Shown here one piece after another: positions 56,217 through 63,563 of a DNA stretch of 64,000 nt. Source of the stretch: an uncultured Gammaproteobacteria bacterium (GTDB taxonomy: Bacteria > Patescibacteriota > Microgenomatia > UBA8517); contig CAYMZX010000001.1 in assembly GCA_964395115.1 (NCBI GenBank), forward strand, positions 14,751-78,750, in the 5' to 3' direction. Position 1 is the first letter of the stretch. Each line of letters starts with the position of its first letter. The position numbers and the translations under genes were made by a program. The notes under the pieces are model-generated. The model was not told the DNA's origin and did not search any database. It saw only the letters and a list, made by a program, of their open reading frames with translations.

Positions 56217-57185
56217 CTATTTTATCACGAAGCGACTAGAAGAATCCAATTTTTTAGCAAAATTGTCTATCAGTTCCTCCAAAAAGGCATCTCTTTGCTT
56301 CATTTCCCAGCGAGGGAACCCAATCTGGTCGTTTATTTCGAAAATCCTGGGAACTCCGTCCTTTCCCATTCCAAAATCAATACTAAAAAGGGGGTTGTCA
56401 TATTTCTTGTAAAAATTTACAGCAATTTTATCGACAATTATTTTAATTTCATCCGGAACCAAACGGTAGTCAATCTCGGTCAAAACCCCACCGCCGGCGG
56501 CGTTGGCTTTAAAACTTCCTGTCGGGGGAACCCTGACATGTGACCAAACGGCTTTTCCATTTACAATGACAACCCTTAAATCGTGCATACTTAATGTGAC
56601 ATTAGAAATTCCGCCTGATGTATCTACAAATTCCTGGGCAATATATTTTGGATACTTTTCTAAAAAATTAAATTTGAGAGCTTTTGATTTTGGACCAATA
56701 AAAATGCCGATCCCTTTCAGACCGTTATACGGTTTCAGAACAACCCAGTCGCTCTTAATAAAAGAGAGCATTTTAGCCAAATTATCTTTCTTCCCCACCC
56801 AAAAAGTTTTGGGCATATATTTGCCGATTTGTCGATAGGCTTTCCATTTATCCCAGGCCAAAATTTTAAAATCCCGTCTATTAACCCAGATAACAGTCTC
56901 GTCATTTTCCGGCGGAAAGGCAATTCCGGCCGAACGGTCGTAAACCAAATCGATCCTGACCGGTTTAGTAATTTTTTCAAATTTACCCCGATAGAAGCGC
57001 CAGCTTTTGAGAAAATGACCATCTCCTTGATATGTCCGCCTCGTTAAAACATAAACTTCCCAACCTCTTTTTTGACACAACTCTAAAAATCGAAGATAAA
57101 CAGGAAGTTTGGCGCCGATATGGGCAAGAGGGAAATTTCCGACAAATGGTCTAGAAAACAGAATTCCGACTTTAGCTTTGGCCAT
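56217..57185 (-). CDS. ATP-grasp fold amidoligase (YheC/YheD or RimK-related)
   Basis: ATP-grasp motifs: LKPYNGLKGIGIFIG (Lys/Gly-loop), QEFVDTSGG, DLRVVIVNGKAV, FKANAAGGG (N-x3-GG), FSIDFGMGKDGVPRIFEIN (Mg/ATP E-x-N). Confidence 0.65.
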   Translation of the reverse strand: MAKAKVGILFSRPFVGNFPLAHIGAKLPVYLRFLELCQKRGWEVYVLTRRTYQGDGHFLKSWRFYRGKFEKITKPVRIDLVYDRSAGIAFPPENDETVIWVNRRDFKILAWDKWKAYRQIGKYMPKTFWVGKKDNLAKMLSFIKSDWVVLKPYNGLKGIGIFIGPKSKALKFNFLEKYPKYIAQEFVDTSGGISNVTLSMHDLRVVIVNGKAVWSHVRVPPTGSFKANAAGGGVLTEIDYRLVPDEIKIIVDKIAVNFYKKYDNPLFSIDFGMGKDGVPRIFEINDQIGFPRWEMKQRDAFLEELIDNFAKKLDSSSRFVIK

Positions 57186-58094
57186 TTATTTACATACTTC
57201 TGCCAAATAATCGGATAATTGGTCAATTTCTGGAGAAATTTTAGTATCATACGTCAAACCAGGTCCCCGGTTAACCTCGATCAACCAAATTTTATTGCTT
57301 CCCTTTTCGATGCCTATATCTACTCCGGCAATTTGAAAATTTAATGTTTTTACCCCTTTAATTGCGACTGAATAAATTTCTTTAGGGATTTTTGAAATTG
57401 GTAAAAACAGTTCTCTCGCCCCTAGGGCAATATTGTGGCGAAATTCATTTTTAGAAGTAATAAGCTTTTTTTCCCAAACCCTGACTTCATTGCCTAAAAC
57501 AAGAAGGCGGTATTCGTCTTTTATTTCGATATACTTTTGAAACATAAATTGATTTTCTTTTCCCTCTTTATCTTTAATCGGCAATTTGGCGAAATCTTTT
57601 TTAGACTTTATTTTGAAAACCCCTTGTCCCCTTTGCATTGAAAGCTCTTTAGCCACCAAAGGAAATCCAAATTTTTTTATTATCCGTGATTGGTATTGCT
57701 CAATGTTTGTTGACCAAACATAAATCGTTGGTACTACCGGCAACCCCGCCAGAGAGAGGCGGACCAAAGAAGTAAGCTTGCTGCCCAAGGGACCAATTTG
57801 AGACCAGCAACGGTCAATAAATTTAATCTTTGATCTTTCGAGAGGGAGAGCCAAAGTTCCGGCCAAATCAGAAAAAATTTTTCCTACCCGACGGAAGTAA
57901 ACCAAATCATAATTATTTATTGGTAATCTTTCAATTTCGACTGAAATATCTCCGTCATCGATTTCGAAATAGAGATCGGAAAATCTCGCCAGGGTGATTT
58001 GAAAATTTCTATCTGCCAATTTTCGGGCGATAAGCTCCGCCAAAAGCTCTTTTTTTGTGCCGATCTTATCTACCAAAATAAGAATTTTTTTCAT
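57186..58094 (-). CDS. RimK-like ATP-grasp ligase
   Basis: FPLVAKELSMQRGQGVFKIKSKKDF, QKYIEIKDEYRLLVLGNEV, RHNIALGA, IAGVDIGIEK...IWLIEVNRGPGL match the RimK/GSH-synthetase-type ATP-grasp. Confidence 0.7.
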   Translation of the reverse strand: MKKILILVDKIGTKKELLAELIARKLADRNFQITLARFSDLYFEIDDGDISVEIERLPINNYDLVYFRRVGKIFSDLAGTLALPLERSKIKFIDRCWSQIGPLGSKLTSLVRLSLAGLPVVPTIYVWSTNIEQYQSRIIKKFGFPLVAKELSMQRGQGVFKIKSKKDFAKLPIKDKEGKENQFMFQKYIEIKDEYRLLVLGNEVRVWEKKLITSKNEFRHNIALGARELFLPISKIPKEIYSVAIKGVKTLNFQIAGVDIGIEKGSNKIWLIEVNRGPGLTYDTKISPEIDQLSDYLAEVCK

Positions 58095-58096
58095 TT

Positions 58097-59392
58097 TTAA
58101 GCTCTGACCAAAAAACCTTTCAAATCCCGCCTTCCAATAATGACCGGCGAACGCAAATGTTCACGATTGGCAACGTTGGCAAGAGTAATAATTTTTCTTC
58201 CCGCCAGATAAAAAGTTAAGTTGACAACCTGTCTTTTCTCCCTACCCAAACCGCTTTTGTAATACTTAGTCCAAAGAACATTGCTTTTTCGAGTAATTCC
58301 GAGTCTTTCTGCCAAAGTTTTATCAATCGAAGTCCTCCAAGCTCCCGTGTCCAATTTCGCCGGTACCTCAATTTTCTTAGCGTTCGCCGAGACAATTTTT
58401 ATCTTTTCCCAGATATCCACTGTTTTTATTCCCTCTTCGGCCGCCACCCTATCAGCAAATCTTCCGGCGAAAAGTGCCTGGCCAATTTTTACACCCTGGT
58501 CTTCTCGACGAACATCTAACCCCTCAACTCTTTCCAATCGTTTTCTTAAACCTTCCATATTTGCCAGCTGGATCTGCAGACCGGGCTGGGCATTTAGTTC
58601 CAACACCATCGGCCCTTTTTCTGGGTGAAGGACAATATCAATCCCGGCATATCCCAATCCCGAGGCTGTACCAGCGGCAACTGCTGTTTCTAGTATCTTT
58701 GTCCAACTGGGTATTTTTATTCCTCGAAGTTTTCTTTTAGTTCCTGGTTTATAAACTATTTGTACTCCGTGCCAAATTGCTCGAGTAGTTATACCAGTGG
58801 CGATATCTATCCCGACTCCAATTGCTCCTTGGTGTAAGTTGGCTCGGCCCTGCGATTCTTTGGTTGGCAGCCTAAGCATCGCCATAATTGGCACCTTATT
58901 AAAAACAATAATCCTAATATCCGGGGTTCCTCTGTACGCATATTTTCTAAAAGTTTTATGACGGCCGACATATTCTTGAATAAACGCCACATCCGGTTCG
59001 TTCCGCATACTGTACGCCCCTTCGAGTATATCCAGTACATGCAACTTTAAATCCTCGATGGTCACTCTTTCTCTTTGGGTCGTAATCCATCCTTCAAAGG
59101 GCGGTTCGGCTTTCTTTTTAACAACAATTATTCCTTCTCCTCCCAAACCTCGGCTTGGTTTTAGAACAAACGAAGCAGGCAGATTTCCCCAATCATAATC
59201 TTCTACATCCGATGGCCGTCTGAACTTTTTAAGTATTTCGGGGTGCGGAATACCGTTGGCTTTAAGAACCCTGGCGGTTTGAATTTTTGAATCGGCAATT
59301 TTTTTGCCTTTCAGGGAATTATATCGGTAGGCGAAAAGCTGAGTGCGAGCGTTGAGGCCAAGAATCGTAGAAACATTCATAAGTTCCATCAA
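58097..59392 (-). CDS. ATP-grasp ligase (RimK-related) fused to C-terminal retropepsin-like aspartic peptidase domain (DUF785-type)
   Basis: N-terminal ~300 aa carry ATP-grasp motifs (VLKPSRGLGGEGIIVV, QEYVGRHKTFRKYAY, RANLHQGAIG, GYAGIDIVL...LELNAQPGL). The C-terminal ~120 aa contain AKLDTGAWRTSID (D-T-G-A aspartic protease signature) and a VIIGRRDLKGFLV flap-like end. Confidence 0.7.
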   Translation of the reverse strand: MMELMNVSTILGLNARTQLFAYRYNSLKGKKIADSKIQTARVLKANGIPHPEILKKFRRPSDVEDYDWGNLPASFVLKPSRGLGGEGIIVVKKKAEPPFEGWITTQRERVTIEDLKLHVLDILEGAYSMRNEPDVAFIQEYVGRHKTFRKYAYRGTPDIRIIVFNKVPIMAMLRLPTKESQGRANLHQGAIGVGIDIATGITTRAIWHGVQIVYKPGTKRKLRGIKIPSWTKILETAVAAGTASGLGYAGIDIVLHPEKGPMVLELNAQPGLQIQLANMEGLRKRLERVEGLDVRREDQGVKIGQALFAGRFADRVAAEEGIKTVDIWEKIKIVSANAKKIEVPAKLDTGAWRTSIDKTLAERLGITRKSNVLWTKYYKSGLGREKRQVVNLTFYLAGRKIITLANVANREHLRSPVIIGRRDLKGFLVRA

Positions 59393-60289
59393 TCAAGTTT
59401 TAATAAGCTTTCTAAATCTCCAAATCTCTAGGATCCTTAACCCAGAATACTTACCCAAGAGATAATCAAGGATCAATAGTCCCACCAGATACCACTCTGG
59501 ATTGAGAAGAGCAAATTCCTGAACCACTTTCAAGGTCAGGAAGAAATAGGACACGAGGGCCAAAATAAGCGTTTCTGTAGTCAGGTTGATGGCCGTTTTT
59601 ATGCTTTTTCCCAACTGAACCCGGATGAAATCTTCGGCCAGCAGAGCCATTATGAGAATTGGGAAAATAGACACATTGGTCAAATCGGGGTAGCGAATTA
59701 CCGGGGTAACAAAAAGAACGGCCATTACCGAAAAAGAAACAACCCAAAGAATAAGGGCCATACGCGGTAAGTACTGAAGTTTTATTTTCAATCTTCTCAA
59801 GAGCATTCTGGTCAGAGTAGAAACGGCAACGATAAGCAAAAAGAGAGCGATTCCCAAAATTGGCCGAGTCGCCAGAAAGACTACCGATAAGGCGGCTGGC
59901 AGGAAAATTCCAAATCCCCTAAGACCAACCAGATGTCTAGCGGCGGCAATAATTAAAGCAACTAAGGGCAGGAGAAGAAGTAAAACGATAGTGTTGGCTG
60001 GAACACCGGTTTTTACGGCTCCCCGTATGGCGTATTTTAAGGGATTGGCAGGCCACACAGGTCCCAATTTTTGGTCTTCTAAAAGTTCCTCCAATGGACC
60101 TAATGTCTCCTTGGTTTTTTGAGTCAAATCCGGCACTGGGGTTGGAAGCGGAGTCGGCTCAAAGATCGGGCTAGCGCTTGGACTCGGGCTGACCACAGCA
60201 AAGACTGGCTCGGTTAAAAAGCCTAAAAAAACCATAAACAACGCCAAAGAAAAAATAAGCCTGCGCATGGGAAATAATTTAGGAGTCAA
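59393..60289 (-). CDS. polytopic membrane protein with Pro-rich N-terminal segment (possibly 7TM partner of RimK-associated systems)
   Basis: Signal/anchor helix, a PSPSASPIFEPTPLPTPVP segment, then ~6-7 transmembrane helices. Assignment by architecture only. Confidence 0.4.
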   Translation of the reverse strand: MTPKLFPMRRLIFSLALFMVFLGFLTEPVFAVVSPSPSASPIFEPTPLPTPVPDLTQKTKETLGPLEELLEDQKLGPVWPANPLKYAIRGAVKTGVPANTIVLLLLLPLVALIIAAARHLVGLRGFGIFLPAALSVVFLATRPILGIALFLLIVAVSTLTRMLLRRLKIKLQYLPRMALILWVVSFSVMAVLFVTPVIRYPDLTNVSIFPILIMALLAEDFIRVQLGKSIKTAINLTTETLILALVSYFFLTLKVVQEFALLNPEWYLVGLLILDYLLGKYSGLRILEIWRFRKLIKT

Positions 60290-60297
60290 TTATACAA

Positions 60298-60597
60298 CTA
60301 CGGGGCGGTTTCTTTCCACCTCATCCTTCCTTTGGGTGAGGATTCGAGGGATTGAAGTCTTAAAGAGGATGTAAGAACTTGTTCGGCAAAAAAAAGACGG
60401 CTTTTTTTATTTTTCATCGAAGAAAGGGGGTCTCTTTTCCCTACAAAGTGTCTTATAATCCTGAATATCTCATCCTTGTTCTTGATATCATTCCAAAGTC
60501 TATTAGCAAGGCCAATTTTCTCTTTCTGGTTTCTGGCCATCCAATTAGCAATTCTTCTTAGGTCAGAGGCAGCATTTAGGTAATCGGCCTTCGTCAT
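60298..60597 (-). CDS. small protein with conserved C-terminal R-M-R-W-K-E-T-A-P tail
   Basis: 99 aa. Its last 9 residues and the underlying ~33 nt are repeated at the end of 60906..62474. ATGA overlap with the upstream 88-aa gene. Confidence 0.45.
   Translation of the reverse strand: MTKADYLNAASDLRRIANWMARNQKEKIGLANRLWNDIKNKDEIFRIIRHFVGKRDPLSSMKNKKSRLFFAEQVLTSSLRLQSLESSPKGRMRWKETAP
60309..60341. repeat. ~33-bp repeat copy A (3' end of 99-aa gene)
   Basis: TTCTTTCCACCTCATCCTTCCTTTGGGTGAGGA, about 85% identical to copy B at 60917-60949. Confidence 0.7.
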
Positions 60598-60860
60598 ATC
60601 AAAAAACGCTTCGCAGTTTTGATAAACTTTTTTCTAATTTCCGGATTTAGAATTTCCATTAGGTCAAATCCCCCGCCCCAGATATTTCTTTGGCGTGACC
60701 CATTTTTTATTAAAATGTTTTCTGAATCGGCATGAAGCTTTCCTCCCATCGCCATAACTTTTCTTTCAATATCAACAACGATTTTTATATAATCTTCAAA
60801 TTCTTCTGCCGCCATCAGGATGTCTTTTTTTGTGGCCTTTTTCTCCAAATAAACAATCAT
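60594..60860 (-). CDS. small hypothetical protein
   Basis: 88 aa, translationally coupled to the 99-aa gene. Confidence 0.4.
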   Translation of the reverse strand: MIVYLEKKATKKDILMAAEEFEDYIKIVVDIERKVMAMGGKLHADSENILIKNGSRQRNIWGGGFDLMEILNPEIRKKFIKTAKRFLI

Positions 60861-60905
60861 TCCTGAGCAATAATATCATAAAATTCGGTAGGGGCGTTTT
60901 TTATG

Positions 60906-62474
60906 TTATGGTGCTACTTCTTTCCACCTCATCCTTCTCTGGGTAAAGACTCTGGGGAAAGTGACAATAATTTCCGGGGCGTATTCAAAAAGTTCAGCCG
61001 GAGTATTCGTATTGGCGTCTCCCAAATCTCTTTCAAGAACAACTCCGTCATAAGCAACGACCGACCCTCTAACATAAAGCTGTTCGGTGCCGGCTCCGGT
61101 GCGGAACTCTCCCTCGGCAAAATAAATGCCTTCAAGCTCGGGGTTTGTTGGTTGGGAAACAGAAGGATCGACAAAAATGTTCCCTTTAAACCCATTGGCG
61201 TCTTTGCCGACTATTACCATAAAGAAGCCGCTTCCCGGATTTTGAATATTGATGCGCCCGTTAAGATAAAGGTCGGCTCCCTCTACAAAAAGAACAACCT
61301 TCCGGCTGCCGGTTAGGTTGACATTGCCGTTAATTGTCAAATCCCCCCGGGTTGCCCCGTTCCAGTGATACCAAACATAGCCCCGCGAAGGTGCCCCTCC
61401 CGAATTAAAAGTTCCCCCAGTAACCGGCGGGGTGAGTTCGTTGATAATGACATCGTCGGGAATTTGTCTCTTGAAATACGAGTAGTCGTAGGCTCTGCCG
61501 GTATATCTGGAGTTAACCAGCCAATTATAGGGATCTTCGGCCGCCCTTCCCGTTCCGGCTCCAGCTTGAAAATCGGCGATGGCCCCTCCGTAAGCCGGCA
61601 CTCCAGGAAATCCTCCGGCCCCCCTTAATCCAAAAACCGGATTACAGGCAGGGATAGTGCAAATAGTGGGAATTAACGAAATGATATTCCCGTTGGTGGT
61701 TACATCCGCATCTTTTACCTGCCACCAAGGACCGGGGGGGGTAACATTAACGGTTGAAGTGTCGTTGCAACGGGAAGATCCGCCCATAATGACATCGGCC
61801 CTGACGGTGGTTGAGCCGGGGAAAACCCCGGTGGCCGAAGTGGAATAGACAGCGGTTGTGTCCGAAGCGGGGTTAACCGTCGCAATCCCGGTATTTGCCG
61901 AAGCGAAGTTTACCTGGCTGACGGTGCCTGAACCTATGGTTACGCTGGCGGTAAGTTCAACAGCCGAACCCACCTGGGTGGTAACGGTATTGGGAGTCAA
62001 ATCAACCGTGCAAGAAGGAGTGGGGGTAGGAGCTGGGGTTGGAGTGGGCGCGGGAGTATCTTCTCTGAGACAGCAACCTGTTGTGTAGGAAAATTCTGGG
62101 GCGCACGTGGTTTTACTCGAATTAATAATACAACCTGATTGCCATTGCGTTCCTGCTCTTTGAAGGTAGGACACAGGGTAAATTGTAACACGACACGATA
62201 TATTGTTAGGACTACTTAAACAGTTCCTACTACCACCCCCCATACAGGACCACCACCCATTGCAGCCCCATAATTCATTATTAGAGCATTGAAATGTGTT
62301 ACCATTTAAAAAACATTTCTTTGCATTTATATTCACCCTAATGGTATAATCAGGAATACCGCAATACCAACCTACTCCACATGCTTGGTCGGCAAAAACG
62401 GTATTAGCTCGATTTATAAAAAAGAAAAGGATTAATACTAAGACCTTTAATAAAGCAGAATATATTCGCCTCAT
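60906..62474 (-). CDS. secreted Cys-rich protein with Pro/Thr linker, Ig-like (Big_2-type) domain, beta-rich C-terminal domain and R-M-R-W-K-E-V-A-P tail
   Basis: Signal peptide MRRIYSALLKVLVLILFFFINRANTVFA, a ~140-aa region with more than 16 Cys, TPAPTPTPAPTPTPS linker, an Ig-like segment (TVDLTPNTVTTQVGSAVELTASV...), repetitive beta-helix-like G/N-rich segment. Confidence 0.5.
   Translation of the reverse strand: MRRIYSALLKVLVLILFFFINRANTVFADQACGVGWYCGIPDYTIRVNINAKKCFLNGNTFQCSNNELWGCNGWWSCMGGGSRNCLSSPNNISCRVTIYPVSYLQRAGTQWQSGCIINSSKTTCAPEFSYTTGCCLREDTPAPTPTPAPTPTPSCTVDLTPNTVTTQVGSAVELTASVTIGSGTVSQVNFASANTGIATVNPASDTTAVYSTSATGVFPGSTTVRADVIMGGSSRCNDTSTVNVTPPGPWWQVKDADVTTNGNIISLIPTICTIPACNPVFGLRGAGGFPGVPAYGGAIADFQAGAGTGRAAEDPYNWLVNSRYTGRAYDYSYFKRQIPDDVIINELTPPVTGGTFNSGGAPSRGYVWYHWNGATRGDLTINGNVNLTGSRKVVLFVEGADLYLNGRINIQNPGSGFFMVIVGKDANGFKGNIFVDPSVSQPTNPELEGIYFAEGEFRTGAGTEQLYVRGSVVAYDGVVLERDLGDANTNTPAELFEYAPEIIVTFPRVFTQRRMRWKEVAP
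60917..60949. repeat. ~33-bp repeat copy B (3' end of 522-aa gene)
   Basis: CTTCTTTCCACCTCATCCTTCTCTGGGTAAAGA; encodes the ...RRMRWKEVAP C-terminus. Confidence 0.7.
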
Positions 62475-62485
62475 GTTTTTTAACT

Positions 62486-63091
62486 TTAAAGACTAATCTG
62501 GGAAATTTGAATGAAATATTCGCCTTTAGGAAATCCACTTTTTTCCAATAATGCTTTCTTCAGCTTTTCAATAAAAATCAGATAAGATTCTGTCTGCTCA
62601 CTACTATCTAACATTTGAAAGTTTTTATCCTGCGTCACGATAAAAAGCTCGAGTAAATCTCCCCTCTTGATATTACTAATAACTTCTCCCGGGGGGGTAA
62701 GCTCACATCCTTTTGTGTTCGCACACACTCCAACTAAGGGATTTCTTCCTCCCAGCCTAGCATTATAAGCGTGCATCCTCCCGAATTTGTCGAAATACCC
62801 TATTTTTAGGAAAGCCTCATTCTCTGAAATATTTTGAACTTTTGCGATGCAAGCAATTGTAGTCCACGCTTGAAACTCTGCATCCCCAAACTCATAGACA
62901 TTGGACAATACTCCTGTAGAATAAGGCCGGCCAAAGATATCTCTACATACTAGTACTTTTTCCGTAACCAAAATTCCTAAAATGAAGAAAAAAATAACCA
63001 AAAATAATAACGCCCCAATAATCAGTAAAGTCGCTTTACTAGATTTGTCCTTAGATTGTTCGGAGCTAATGTTTTTTCCGATTTCCATCAA
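62486..63091 (-). CDS. membrane-anchored hypothetical protein
   Basis: N-terminal transmembrane helix (LLIIGALLFLVIFFFILGILV) then a ~150-aa domain with several Cys. Confidence 0.4.
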   Translation of the reverse strand: MMEIGKNISSEQSKDKSSKATLLIIGALLFLVIFFFILGILVTEKVLVCRDIFGRPYSTGVLSNVYEFGDAEFQAWTTIACIAKVQNISENEAFLKIGYFDKFGRMHAYNARLGGRNPLVGVCANTKGCELTPPGEVISNIKRGDLLELFIVTQDKNFQMLDSSEQTESYLIFIEKLKKALLEKSGFPKGEYFIQISQISL

Positions 63092-63268
63092 TTTTTAGTA
63101 TGACGAAAACCTGGAACGATTTCAATAGTTTTTAATTTTAATTTTTGAATATTGAAGATTTACCCGCGCTCTTTAGGAGATATCGTATCACTACCCCTTT
63201 TTTCCTGCATTCCTAAAAGCCAGGGGGGCCGGCTTCCTTTTTATGCGCGGAGCGAGTTAAGAAAGAAG

Positions 63269-63490
63269 TTACTCTGTTTTCTCTTGCATTCCTAATAACC
63301 AGAGTACTGCTTCTTTCTTATAGCGCCGGTCGCCTCGTGAATTAATCCTGATTGCCGGTAGCTTTCCTCGCTTTCCCCAGCGCTTGATGGTCAAGGGTGA
63401 AACGCGCAGAAGCTCGGCCACCTCCCGCACCGTAAGAAGGTCAGGAAGTTCTTCGAGTCTTATCTTTTTCTTCATCCCCTCTTCAGTCAT
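63269..63490 (-). CDS. excisionase/MerR-superfamily helix-turn-helix DNA-binding protein
   Basis: LLTVREVAELLRVSPLTIKRWGKRGKLPAIRI matches the excisionase-family HTH. Confidence 0.6.
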   Translation of the reverse strand: MTEEGMKKKIRLEELPDLLTVREVAELLRVSPLTIKRWGKRGKLPAIRINSRGDRRYKKEAVLWLLGMQEKTE

Positions 63491-63563
63491 ATTCTTTTAA
63501 ACTATTTCGACCTTTTCTGATATAGTCCTAAGCCCATCTTATAACTTTCTTAGTCAGAAGATA

